Source of the DNA: a virus
Reading direction: 5' to 3' (one strand)
Virus record (IMG/VR): IMGVR_UViG_3300028423_000861
Location: 1 to 64,000 of that record
DNA length: 64,000 nt
A program made the position numbers and the translations under genes. Under the pieces are notes generated by a model. The model was not told the origin of the DNA, searched no databases, and saw nothing but the letters and a program-made list of their open reading frames with translations. Of the stretch, positions 31,425-42,258 are shown piece after piece. Numbering within the stretch: the first letter of the stretch is position 1; each line of letters begins with the position of its first letter.

Positions 31425-32647
31425 TCCAGTTCTCCTTGGTCATCATTGATTTGAGGAAGGCCAAGAAACTCGGCCAACTCCAGGTATTTCCTGGTGTTAC
31501 CCAGGTTCTTGCGAACATGCTCCATGAGCAAGTCATTCAAGTCCTTGCCATCAGCATGTGCAAACACGAAGCGCCACTGGCGCTGGTCGAGGTCCGATGC
31601 AGGAAGAACTTCCGTAGCAAGACGCTTGCGGTCACCCTCTGCATCCGTGATCAAGTCGTTGACTACTTGGTCAAGTTCAACCAGCTTCTCGTGATACAAG
31701 CGATGGAAGTCACGCTCGTATTGCTTGACACGCTCGTAGTCACGTTCGTCGAGGTGCGGATAAACGTCGTCCAACTCGTTCTCGAGCAAGAGAGCAAGGA
31801 TGTGACGATCCGTGCGAATCTTGTCCTTGACCTTGTGGATACGCACATACCAGTCATTCTTGACTTTGACAGCGTGACCGTCAGCAAAGCGTATGATGTC
31901 ACCCTCACGACCTTCCGATTCACGCTGGCGAGCAACGTATTCTTCTAGCCCGCCGTCGACTGAGCCATACTCGGGAACTTGAGTAATGCCCCGGGGAATG
32001 CTCGTAATTGAATCTTCGCGATACTCCGGAAACGGAATATAAAGACCATTGCGATTATTGCGCAGTGCAAGAAGAACCAGGTCCGGTTCTTCATACTCGA
32101 TTACAATTTGGTTTTTTGGCGACACGTATTCAAACAGCGGCGTGATACCAGCTGCGATCATGCGCTGCATCCAAACAGTAATTTCGGCAGCATCTGACCG
32201 AGACAGGAGATATTCCAGTGCTTCCTCGGCAACGTCAGTGACGCCCATTTTAGTAGCAAGCTGGATACGACCGTCGAGATAAAGCGGACGCACCATTGAC
32301 CCGTCCATCTTTTCCATGATCACATGCGGCTTGGACATGTCAAGGTTGTGAAGCTGAGTTTCCTCGCGCTCACTAACATTGAAAAACTTGTGGAAGGGAC
32401 GGCTCATGATGTCGCCGTTTACATCAAAAATCAGGCCGCGGCACTCACGACGCATGATTCCCTTGGGGATCATTTCACCATGATTTTCCATGAGATCGTT
32501 TTCATCGATGTCAAACGTGTCTGCATAACCAACATTGTAGTTGATCACAGTATAACGATCACGCTCGGCTACGACGAACTCGTCGCGGTCTTGGATAGCC
32601 GGCAGCACATCTTCAATGCGCTCGATGATAGGAAATTTATAATGCAT
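31421..32647 (-). CDS. RNA ligase 1 (T4 RnlA/gp63-like)
   Basis: RRECRGLIF, RPFHKFFN, EKMDGS adenylation motif, FEY, EGDII, VKVKNDWY. Confidence 0.93.
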   Translation of the reverse strand: MHYKFPIIERIEDVLPAIQDRDEFVVAERDRYTVINYNVGYADTFDIDENDLMENHGEMIPKGIMRRECRGLIFDVNGDIMSRPFHKFFNVSEREETQLHNLDMSKPHVIMEKMDGSMVRPLYLDGRIQLATKMGVTDVAEEALEYLLSRSDAAEITVWMQRMIAAGITPLFEYVSPKNQIVIEYEEPDLVLLALRNNRNGLYIPFPEYREDSITSIPRGITQVPEYGSVDGGLEEYVARQRESEGREGDIIRFADGHAVKVKNDWYVRIHKVKDKIRTDRHILALLLENELDDVYPHLDERDYERVKQYERDFHRLYHEKLVELDQVVNDLITDAEGDRKRLATEVLPASDLDQRQWRFVFAHADGKDLNDLLMEHVRKNLGNTRKYLELAEFLGLPQINDDQGELE

Positions 32648-32659
32648 CTCTATTCCTTC

Positions 32660-32702
32660 TTGCTTACTCTATCACTGTAAGCGATATGTCTTGGTATGTC
32701 AA
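32660..32702 (-). promoter_or_regulatory. Early promoter cassette, divergent copy
   Basis: TTGACATACCAAGACATATCGCTTACAGT with GCTTAC/GTAAGC repeat. Confidence 0.7.
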
Positions 32703-33005
32703 CCAAGAACAGAAGACAGCATTATCAGGATGCCCAACGCTGCAAAGAAAGTGGTCATCCACGCACCTTCTCGGTTTGGAATTATCGCATAAAACAGAAT
32801 TGACATGAAAAAGATTACAATTCCGGCGTGGGTCATTCGTAGTGTCCTCTCGTAACCATATTGAGACCGTATTCTTCCATATTATCGCCCCAATACATCT
32901 CGTCTTTCGGAACAAGAATTCTCATACGCTGGCCGTTGTCGTTTTCAACCTCGACGTAATAGTTGTTCTGATCTCCATCATAAATTTTGGCTTGTTTCAT
33001 TTCAC

Positions 33006-33055
33006 ATCTCCTTTGCTTACATGTATAATATAAGCAAAATGCCTTGGTTTGTCAA
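33006..33055 (-). promoter_or_regulatory. Early promoter/RBS cassette (copy 2)
   Basis: Near-identical to 16573-16622. Confidence 0.85.
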
Positions 33056-33977
33056 CTGGAAAGTTCTAGCATCGCCTGTTGAATTCCGCCTAGCTCGGTA
33101 TAGCATGAAAAGATCTGGTCATCATAGCTATGACCTTCGCTGTTCAGTTTCATGCACTGCTTTTGGTAATCGGTAGGCTGTTCAGGAATTTCTCCTTCAT
33201 AGAGCGATCCTACCTCTCGCAGCTGAGATTCAATTTCAGCACTGATATTAACGAGGTTAAGCAACGAGTATTCGTTTTTGATGTAGTAGTTTTCCATAAA
33301 GGTTCTCCTTAGAACAAAGACTGTTTGAATTCGGTTGCGTCGGGTTCGTTGCCCCAATACAGGACGGGTTCACCAAAATAGGTGATTTCGCCAACATAGC
33401 AATTTGCTGGCACAATGTATTCCTTGTCATCGTAATGCGAAACATGGACACGAAGCGTCTGTTCTCCGGGCTGAGCTTCGTCTTGCATCATATCTACAAG
33501 GTGGTAGACAAAGTCCCGCGGTGAATCAGCAACAGTGTTGTCGCTGCTATAAGGAGTCGTATCTTCAAGCCATTCCTGTTCACGGTCTGCAAACCAGGGG
33601 TGAGTTGTGCTGTGATAGTTTGCGATACACGGCTCGGGTGCTGTGGCACGTCCGTATTGCACACCTGCATAAACAGACAGCGCGACAGCACCGATTGCAA
33701 TAACAACTCCTGATGTATATCCTGGCATTTTCATTAGAAAAGACTCCCTCTCTGTTCCCACAGTTCCTGGTTTTTCATTTCTTCTTCCTCCCATTCTATC
33801 ATGAGATCAATAGCTTCATCAAGAGTGATATCACAAGGCCCATACTCAAAATTCTGTTCTTCAGCCATCGGACAAGAACCTTCTTCAATGTAATAAAGAG
33901 TGTGGTCTGGCCGAGAATAAATCGTGATATGACCATGGGCTTCATAGTCAAACCACCCGGCTTCAAAGACAATTTCA

Positions 33978-34520
33978 TCAGTCATGATCAAATACGACTG
34001 CTTTCAGTCGTTCACGATGGCTGTCATGATAAATGTGCAGGGTAGCAAACCATTCATGCTTGCAAAGCGGGGAACCATCCGCTTTGACCCAGCCCTTTTC
34101 GTGCATACGGATTGCTTTCTTGATGTATTTTTCGATTGATTTGGCTTTTTTGCGAGACTTTATGTTTGCAGGCTTGGGCTTGGGGAACCGGCCAGCCAGC
34201 ATGTCCTCCACGCTGATCACGCCACGACGATGGTTGCAACTAGCACAGGCCATCGCAAGGTTATCCCAATCATCCGAACCGCCCTGACTACGCGGTTGAA
34301 CGTGCTCAATAGTGGCGCTGTTTGCATAATTTGATTCAGGACGGCAATCCATTCCGCACCAGCAGCACCGCCAGTTCTGTGCCTCAGCGAGGCGGCAGCG
34401 AACATAAATGTTTCGAGCAACTTTGGTCGCGATACCAGAACGTTCAATACCCGGTATCTTACGAATCGATACGCGGGTAGGTCGTTCGTTAAACACCGAA
34501 GGAAGTGGCATTTTAGACAT
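33978..34520 (-). CDS. HNH endonuclease
   Basis: RCCWCG, ATIEHVQPRSQGGSD..DNLAMACASCNHRRG. Confidence 0.9.
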   Translation of the reverse strand: MSKMPLPSVFNERPTRVSIRKIPGIERSGIATKVARNIYVRCRLAEAQNWRCCWCGMDCRPESNYANSATIEHVQPRSQGGSDDWDNLAMACASCNHRRGVISVEDMLAGRFPKPKPANIKSRKKAKSIEKYIKKAIRMHEKGWVKADGSPLCKHEWFATLHIYHDSHRERLKAVVFDHD

Positions 34521-34680
34521 TAGACGCGCTCCACTTTGTCTTCGCGGATAGCAAATTCGGTGTTGCCAACAGCAACCCAAAGGACAACAACACCGCCAAT
34601 TTCCTGGCGGTCCTTGACAAGGGCCGTCTGGCCGTCATACCAGTTAACGCTGTCGTGGACGATGACCTTTTCCATACCTT

Positions 34681-34730
34681 ATCTCCTTTGCTTACATGTT
34701 CAATATAAGCAAAGTGTCTTGGTAAGTCAA
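34681..34730 (-). promoter_or_regulatory. Early promoter/RBS cassette (copy 3)
   Basis: TTGACTTACCAAGACACTTTGCTTATATT...GTAAGCAAAGGAGAT. Confidence 0.85.
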
Positions 34731-35422
34731 CTATTTTTTAGATAATTTGAGGAATATTTCAGCAGTGCTTTGATCTGCTTGCTGGCGCGCGGGAAGATTG
34801 AACGGAATCTTGCATAAGTCGGTAGCGAAGCCATGTATGCTTCTGGATTGCGAAGTGTTTTTTGCGGATCTTCCGTATCCGAAATTTCCTGTGCTAGAGT
34901 TTCGCCATAAGCCATGAGTTCATGTGGATCACGTAGATACTTGCGAGCCCATTCACGCGCAGATGTTGCAGTGGCGGCTTTTTGATATCCACTCGCCATT
35001 TTATCGAGATTTTTTGGAGGAATTCGCCCATGCTGCCCTTTGTGCACTAGTTCATGACTCACAAGACGATTTAAAATCTTTTTAAATGTTTTTGGGCCAT
35101 AAACACCTTCCATGTTCTTGGCCTTGAGTATTACGGTGATGTCTGTAACAACATCACCATCCTCGGTCGTTCCGGTTGTCGCTTCGGCACTCATCCACCA
35201 ATCCACGGTAGGTTCATCATGATCCACGGCAAAATCCATGCGTAGATCCTCGTCTACGCTTGAATTGAGAAGATCTGACAACACGTCAATGTTATCAACG
35301 TCGTCATGTGATTGTAAATACTCATCATACTCTTCCAGGGCTTCATCAACGCCCTGCTCTAGAGTTTCTAAATATTCCTTGTCCGGATAGACGTTCGCCT
35401 CGGTAATATCACGTATTCTCAT
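34727..35422 (-). CDS. Hypothetical late protein with HExxH motif, possibly virion-internal
   Basis: ATAAATA directly upstream; N-terminus MRIRDITEA; SHELVH...HELMAY. Confidence 0.6.
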   Translation of the reverse strand: MRIRDITEANVYPDKEYLETLEQGVDEALEEYDEYLQSHDDVDNIDVLSDLLNSSVDEDLRMDFAVDHDEPTVDWWMSAEATTGTTEDGDVVTDITVILKAKNMEGVYGPKTFKKILNRLVSHELVHKGQHGRIPPKNLDKMASGYQKAATATSAREWARKYLRDPHELMAYGETLAQEISDTEDPQKTLRNPEAYMASLPTYARFRSIFPRASKQIKALLKYSSNYLKNS

Positions 35423-35775
35423 ACGAATATTTATCTGGGATAATTACCGATCATACATTCGCTAACGAGCAAGCGGGCGAGCTGATCGTAATACGGACTC
35501 TCTTCAACAGGACCACGATGTTCAAGAACAAGAGAACGCAGATCTTGAATTAGATCGAGGCGCTCTTGATGAGAATCACGTTTTGGTTTTGCGGTATCGT
35601 TCATTACGGATCTTTCGAATATTTTTGGCACGTCTTTTAGCAATCGCACAACGAACCTTGGGATTGGGTTGACGGTTGTAATAGTCATACCATTGCTTAA
35701 TATTAGAGAGATGCTGACCCAGCCATTCTGAGTCAGCAGCAAAAAAGATGATTAGAAGTAGAAGAAAAACTTCCA

Positions 35776-36129
35776 TCAATCAAGACGCTCAGATACTTGG
35801 AAATCGAAAACAGCCAGTTCGTTCATGGTATCAGCATATGCCTGTGCACTTGCTGATTTGGCGTCGATATTTTGAGCACGGATCTGGCCCGGGTTATTCA
35901 ACCGCCAAGCTTTACCATAAACGTCTTTACGGAAGCCAATGCTTTCCAGCATTCGCCGCTCATCACGGCCGGCGCGAGTATTACCTTTGTTGGGCGGGAA
36001 AACCATGACCCAAGCAAACCCACATGCGCCACCATCCTGGCCATTAAAATACTTGTCCAGATAATCCTGCCCTGCCTGGGCAGCATCCATGACGGCTTGT
36101 TCGTGCTGTTGTTTAAAGATAGATGCCAT
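35776..36129 (-). CDS. Hypothetical phage protein
   Basis: GACGFAWV motif. Confidence 0.7.
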   Translation of the reverse strand: MASIFKQQHEQAVMDAAQAGQDYLDKYFNGQDGGACGFAWVMVFPPNKGNTRAGRDERRMLESIGFRKDVYGKAWRLNNPGQIRAQNIDAKSASAQAYADTMNELAVFDFQVSERLD

Positions 36130-36283
36130 TAAGCTTTCTCCACTTTGAGATCGTAAAATTTATCCTGGACAACTTCCATTCGTTCAAGACACTCACGACG
36201 TGTGCCGCGCATCAGTTCATTGCGCGCGGTGCCAGTGAGATGGCTGAACATGGATTTATAAGTGAGTTTATACATTTTCCGTT

Positions 36284-36331
36284 TCTCCGTTGCTACCCTT
36301 TAAATATAACCGAAGTGTCTTGGTATGTCAA
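36284..36331 (-). promoter_or_regulatory. Early promoter cassette, divergent copy
   Basis: TTGACATACCAAGACACTTCGGTTATATT...GGAGA. Confidence 0.75.
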
Positions 36332-36339
36332 CAGATTTT

Positions 36340-36714
36340 TCACTCGTCTCCGTATCTCTCTTTGAGAGTTTCAAGAAGAGCAAGTTCACGTTGTCTTTTT
36401 TGTTCAGCAGCCTGGCGATATATTTCCATGCGCTCCTGGTATTCTTCGTCAGTTTCTTCACGATACCCCAATACGAATGTAGTGATAATTTCATCACCTA
36501 CAATATCATAGTCTGTATCAACTTCAATTTTGAAGTCAGAATATTGGTCACCGTATTCTTTCTCAATACGATCCATTTCCTCTCGGAGGTCATTGAAAGT
36601 CATACCACCGTATTCGAGGTTAAAATCTTCTTTGATTTGATCGCCGCGTTTAGACGTCCACGTCACAAAATGCCAATCGGCAAGTTTGGGTTCAGGCTTG
36701 CGCTTACGCCCCAT
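36340..36714 (-). CDS. Hypothetical, paralog of 38520-38873
   Basis: REETDEEYQER...LKERYG versus RLEDDREYQSR...LKKKFG. Confidence 0.7.
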   Translation of the reverse strand: MGRKRKPEPKLADWHFVTWTSKRGDQIKEDFNLEYGGMTFNDLREEMDRIEKEYGDQYSDFKIEVDTDYDIVGDEIITTFVLGYREETDEEYQERMEIYRQAAEQKRQRELALLETLKERYGDE

Positions 36715-37162
36715 CTGAATTGTCCTCTAGTTTACTGCGTCTTTTGACTTGAATATCTGTTCTTTGTTCCTGAGCGATTTCTTGTAGCTTACCACGAATT
36801 TGTTCAACAGTCCATCCGTCAGGAGGACGCCAGAGAACAATAGCTGCCTCTAATGGCATATGCTCTCCGAACAACTCCTCCATTTCCTCTATTGTGATTC
36901 TATTATCAGTCATCCATTCGAACTCCATAGAACTTCATGAGATGCCAACAGGCAGAATCAGGAATCTTGTCTTCGTATGCACCGACTGAAAATTTCATAT
37001 GGAAATGACAAATTGCTTGGTCGGAATGTTCATAACCTTTTGGATTGGCCCACTCAGCGTCGACAAAACGCCCGTCTTGAGTGAGTTCTTTCCAGTAATA
37101 ACGAGTATAAGGAACCATGGTTTCTCCGATCTATTGTAACAACGATATTGCAAGAATACAGA

Positions 37163-37723
37163 TCAGTCAACGTATTCTTGCAATAGTTTTTCAACATACC
37201 ATTCGGGAGCATCTCCAAGATCCCCGTCGGGCATTCCTGGAACGTTCACGACGTGTGACGTTGTTCCTACCCGTGCAAGCTTGTGACCAGCTCTCCCAGG
37301 GTCACACACAGCAACGACTGGGCGCATTTGCCGCACACACATTAGCCAGTTACGGGTGCTTGTGCTTGGGTCGTTGCTGAGAACAGCGATAGCACTCACT
37401 CCGAGTTCAGTTAAACGAGCAGCGTCAAAGATGCCTTCAGTAACAAACAGAACTGTTGAACGATACCAGCTTTCAAGGCCCCATACAGTCACGCTCTTGC
37501 TGTGTTTGGGTATCAGTTTTTCACCACGAAACGTGTAATAGCGGCCACGTTTATCGTTTTTTTGAACTTTGCTTGCTTCGGGACGATATGCCTGATATCC
37601 TACCATCTGTCCACTAAGGTTCCAGAGAGGAAAACAAGCCACATGTTCAACATCGTCAACCCAGACATAGTGTAGACTGGTATCAACGTGGCGTTCGTGG
37701 ATATGTTCAAGCATTGTTGTCAT
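37163..37723 (-). CDS. Small Toprim (DnaG primase-like) protein
   Basis: LFVTEGIFDA, VAVCDPGRAG, DGDLGD. Confidence 0.75.
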   Translation of the reverse strand: MTTMLEHIHERHVDTSLHYVWVDDVEHVACFPLWNLSGQMVGYQAYRPEASKVQKNDKRGRYYTFRGEKLIPKHSKSVTVWGLESWYRSTVLFVTEGIFDAARLTELGVSAIAVLSNDPSTSTRNWLMCVRQMRPVVAVCDPGRAGHKLARVGTTSHVVNVPGMPDGDLGDAPEWYVEKLLQEYVD

Positions 37724-38519
37724 ATATTCACAGTAAGACGTCTTGGTAGAGATGTCAACCGCTATTATTGACAGAGAAGATTAATTTTGCCATGGTTAAT
37801 TGTTCGAAATCCAAAGGGAAAGTGTAGTATCCATGTATGAGTCTCATATCACCTAATTTGAGATTAATCCCGTAGTCTTCTAATACACCAATATTTTCAT
37901 GATAATCAACATAATTAATAAAACAAATTGTATTGTGTTTCAAAAACATTATGTAATCACCGGCTTCTTATTGAGAATGCGGCGGTCCGGATATAGTGGC
38001 TCCCCTTGTCGAGCAAAATCAGCAACAGCTTGAGGATCTTCCTCAGCCCACGACTCTAGGTCTTCAGCAGTGAACTCTTCACTGAGTTTCAAAAGCCAGA
38101 CTTCCATGCGGCGAGCTTCATTGTAACGTGCACGTAGTTGCATCATGCTCAGAATAGAAGACACGGTTTCAGTAGTCTTCTCACCAGCCATTTTCTCCAT
38201 GATGTTTCGTTGGTCAATTTCAGTGAGATTGACAATGGCCTCGAATCCTTCATTCGAGAACGAAAAAACAAAGACGTTACCACCTGACATTATTCACCTC
38301 CAACAGGGCGTAGAACCTTTTTAAATGTGTGATCATTCTTGCGGAATTTAACAACACAGTCAAATCCCGCAGTCTTGCCTGGTTGTGCAGTGCTGGGAAA
38401 CATGTAGGTATAAACCCACCATTCAGTGTCCTCGTCCAGCGTGTCTGCAAGTTCTGGGTTGACAAAAAGGCCTGGGAGTTCATCCCAAGCCTCTTGTCCG
38501 AGTCCGTGATATCCGTTCA

Positions 38520-38873
38520 TTATTTGCCTCCAAACTTTTTCTTGAGGCGCTCGTATTCTCGACGCTCACGATCTTCTTTCTTCTGGCGCTGTTCACGCTT
38601 ACGTGCCGCCTCTTTTTCTTCTAGATCGATTCGAGACTGATATTCGCGATCGTCCTCCAAACGATAGAACTTGATTTTGATATCAAATGCTCCATCGTAA
38701 CCATAGTAATCGTAATCAAAATACACACGACCCGGAATTGCTCCTTTGTCGATAGCCAGTGACTCATAATAATCCAACCATTCACGAATTTCGGCTAGCG
38801 AAAGACCATCAAAATCCGCGCCTCCAAGCAGGCGATCTTCTACTTCACGTCGTTCTTTCGATATACGTCCCAT
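38520..38873 (-). CDS. Hypothetical, paralog of 36340-36714
   Basis: Shared C-terminal coiled-coil motif. Confidence 0.65.
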   Translation of the reverse strand: MGRISKERREVEDRLLGGADFDGLSLAEIREWLDYYESLAIDKGAIPGRVYFDYDYYGYDGAFDIKIKFYRLEDDREYQSRIDLEEKEAARKREQRQKKEDRERREYERLKKKFGGK

Positions 38874-39348
38874 TTCACCATCCTTCGCCGCCTCGACGGC
38901 TACGTTCGATTTCTTCAACAGTCAATGCACCGCCTTGGCGATCTACATCTCCTTGCCAACTGTCCTGAGCGGCTTGGCTTTCCAGTTCGCGAATACGATC
39001 AATTGCCCATTGGAGACGAACAGCCATTCGTCCTTCAAACCCGGGCTCGTTGCTGTCATTCATTTGACGCGAAACTGCTTCAATGCGTCCTTCGTTGAGA
39101 ACAGCAAGTAGACTTTGGTTTTCGGGTCTCATGTTATTTCTCCTTCTGTATCTTAGTAAACAGTGATAATGATTGCAGGATCAAAGGCATTCCCGCCGGC
39201 AGTGTCAATACCGACATTGAGCTCATTTCCATCAGGATCCTGAAAGATAACTTGAGAATCCAAAGTCATGGGTTTTTTTACAGCCCCTTGAGCATGAAGT
39301 TCGACTTCTTCTTGCAGCCGCTCAATAAGTTTTTGGATGGTCATTAAC

Positions 39349-39398
39349 ATCTCCATTGCTTACATGACCAATATAAGCAAAGTGTCTTGGTTTGTCAA
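39349..39398 (-). promoter_or_regulatory. Early promoter/RBS cassette (copy 4)
   Basis: TTGACAAACCAAGACACTTTGCTTATATT...GTAAGCAATGGAGAT. Confidence 0.85.
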
Positions 39399-40805
39399 GA
39401 ACAATTTTAGGTTTTTTTCTGGTTTTGACGAACGGCTTTGGAAGCGGCGCGCTTCTGTGCCTTGCTTCCAGGACGGCCATAGCTGCCGGCGGCGCGGCGC
39501 CCAATTTTCATTGCAGTATTGGAGTTCATAGTATTACCTCTTAGTAAATGAGATCAAAAGGACGGGTATTCTCTGACTCAATATACACTTCACTGGAAGG
39601 TTTTCCATGCCTGTCATAAGTAATATGTTTGATCTTGCCATAGTTCTTGAACTTTTCATCCCAATATTCACGCATGATGGAACGGTTAAAAGCATGTTGC
39701 TCTGCGATTTCATATGCGCGTGAAACATTAAGATAATAGTCATAGTCGCGAACTTCAACAAGCCATTTAGCAATGTCTTTGAGAACCATGCGTTCAAAGT
39801 TGTTCATATCAGCAATCATCGGTTTTCCTTATTTTTTCCATTTATCCTTATTACTCCAAACATCCAGTGCAATTCGCAAGCAAATAGCTGCAAGAACCAT
39901 ACAAAAAATTCCACTCGATGCTATGAGTAAATCGATAATCATTACTTCATTTTTCGTTCAATGTATTACGACTCAAGCGTTGGAATTCTCGCAAAATGGT
40001 ATGCAGGAAATCAACAGGTGGACCAGTGTAAACGCCGTCCTCAAGAACAAGACGATGGCCTTCCAAATGGTTTTCTGTCAGATTCTTTTCGATTACATTG
40101 TCAAGAAACATCAAAGTTTCTCGCAGACGTTCGATTTCTCTTGCAGCTTCATTAGTCAGTTTGCTTGCTTCATCACTTTCATACAAGCGGGTTACAAGAT
40201 CATTCATTTGTCCTTCTTTCCTTTTGCGTTACAAGCCGCCTGTTTTCCAGACCTATAATGCTTGTTATTCACATGACGTGGGTTATTATAACGCACACTT
40301 TCACGCAGGCCTTTGCTCACAACCTTGTAGCCGTGAGCAAACGCTTGTTCAGCATCGTTGCCAGGACGCGCCAAGACCGCTTCTAGCGAACGCTTGAACT
40401 CCATTACATGCTCCAGAAGGATTCACGAGCCGGGCTCATGTAAGCAGGAGTGTCGTAACGCTCCTGGTATTCTTTGCCCGTCATGAGGTTCTTGCGGGTC
40501 ACCATCTCGCCGTTGATCTCTTCGTCCAGCGTTTCCTGGTCAACATCCTCGAAGATCTTGGTGCCAACTTTGAAGTAGGCAACCTGGGTGCGTTCACCAT
40601 TGTCCACGTAAATGCAACCAGCAACACCGTCGCTGTCAGGGCGACCAAAAAAATCAACTCCATAATCTTGCTTGAGGATTCGGGTGAGCATGTTCTTTTT
40701 GGAACGCTGCGAATCACGGTAAGTGCCATTGCAACCGCACATGCAGCCCGAACGGCCCGAGTAAACTTCAGTGATGTCGTTGTGGGTGATGTTGGCCATG
40801 TCGTG

Positions 40806-40857
40806 TCTCCTTCGTTGCTTACATATACAATATAAGCAAAGTGCCTTGGTCAGTCAA
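40806..40857 (-). promoter_or_regulatory. Early promoter/RBS cassette (copy 5)
   Basis: TTGACTGACCAAGGCACTTTGCTTATATT...GTAAGCAACGAAGGAGA. Confidence 0.85.
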
Positions 40858-40883
40858 TAGAAAACAGAAACTTTTTTAAAAAA

Positions 40884-41447
40884 TTAACCTTTTCCGAACA
40901 TCGCAGCGGCCTGATTGCGATCAACCATATTGCCGTAGATGTCGAAATACATCACGCGATTAAAGCCCTCATTCTGGCTAGGCAAATCAAAGCTATTGCG
41001 CATGGACTTCATAACAAAATCCGGAATGTCCTTTCCAGAACGCCCTTCAAGACGTCGCTGTAGTTCGTCCTCTTGTTCTTGATTGAATGGGGGGAGAATG
41101 CAAACACATTCCAACCGATATTCCTTGGGAAACCGGTTGATAATCTTGCGACGCTTCTTAACAGTCATGTTGGTTTGGTCCCACAACACATTCTGCTTGC
41201 GAGCGATCGCATCATCTACTTCCTGGTTTGCAATTTGAGTTGCAACTTTGGCGTATTCTTGAAAAACCTCGCTGTAAGTTTTGCCCATTTCAGCAGCATA
41301 AGCATCGATACGATCGTCTGTGCTGTAAATGTGGCTATCACGTGCTGATCCCGTAGCAATGGCATTTGCACGAGCAGTGCTTTTGCCGCTCGCCGGAAGT
41401 CCAACGAGAACGACTACGCTGGGTCTTTGATCATTCGCTTTGTTCAT
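40884..41447 (-). CDS. P-loop kinase (AAA_33, polynucleotide-kinase-like)
   Basis: LVGLPASGKST, YSTDD, WDQTN..VKKR, EGF. Confidence 0.88.
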   Translation of the reverse strand: MNKANDQRPSVVVLVGLPASGKSTARANAIATGSARDSHIYSTDDRIDAYAAEMGKTYSEVFQEYAKVATQIANQEVDDAIARKQNVLWDQTNMTVKKRRKIINRFPKEYRLECVCILPPFNQEQEDELQRRLEGRSGKDIPDFVMKSMRNSFDLPSQNEGFNRVMYFDIYGNMVDRNQAAAMFGKG

Positions 41448-41527
41448 ATCTATGCTCTTCTCTCCATAACTGGTGTGTGTTTTATGTTATAATAGCAATA
41501 TGTCTTGGTATGTCAACTAAATAATAT

Positions 41528-41915
41528 TATGAAAGACATATACGTTGAAAAATTTTCAGCGGTGCTAGACGAGATCCATACGTTCAAGGATTGTCCAAGA
41601 ACAAAAATATATGTTTCGTGTCTTTTAGCTGATCATGTAGAACGAACAGGATTTTTTACTGAACCTGTCGGACTTCGTTACATGGATCTCCAAACATCAA
41701 CACATGCAAAAGAATTGGGTGACAATTGTCTTGTTCTTGTAGGTATTTTTCCTGGTTATCGTGGAATGCCAGATGATTATTATATAGAAATCGGTCGTGG
41801 AAGTTATGGTATGGCTGCGAGTGTTACTGGAAGTGATGTGTTTGAAATACTGGCAAGAGATTTTGATATTATACGCAGAGGATTAAATCAACTGCGCCCG
41901 CCAACTTTCTTGTAA
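41528..41915 (+). CDS. Hypothetical protein, opposite strand (start approximate)
   Basis: LGDNCLVLVGIFP...YYIEIGRGSY. Confidence 0.65.
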
Positions 41916-42166
41916 CTAATGCCTTTGGAATTGAGATATTTTTCAAACTCTTGTTGTTCTTCATTCGAGTAAAAACTCACCATAGCATTATCATTTACTT
42001 CATTGTAGCTATTGGTTCCTGAACGAAATTCACGCATGAGCTTGGTAAGTTCATAAGGTGTCATTTCAAGACTGAGCATACGTTCTGATTCAATCTGTTG
42101 TTCCTGTTGATCAGGCTCCAGATGATCATACTGACCCTCATTCAAAATATCAAGATATTTTCTCAT
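41888..42166 (-). CDS. Small late protein
   Basis: ATAAATA upstream; MRKYLDILNEG start. Confidence 0.6.
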   Translation of the reverse strand: MRKYLDILNEGQYDHLEPDQQEQQIESERMLSLEMTPYELTKLMREFRSGTNSYNEVNDNAMVSFYSNEEQQEFEKYLNSKGISYKKVGGRS

Positions 42167-42258
42167 AAATTCGCGTGTCATACAAATATTTATCGTCATA
42201 AAGAAACCGTTACCCTGATTGGATAACGGCTTCTTTTAATTCTATATCTTACTCTATT

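Noticed and set aside
16573-40857. Repeated ~50-nt elements as a CRISPR array or insertion-sequence ends
   Set aside because: Copies are kilobases apart, not regularly spaced, and each contains -35/-10 boxes and an RBS in front of a gene.
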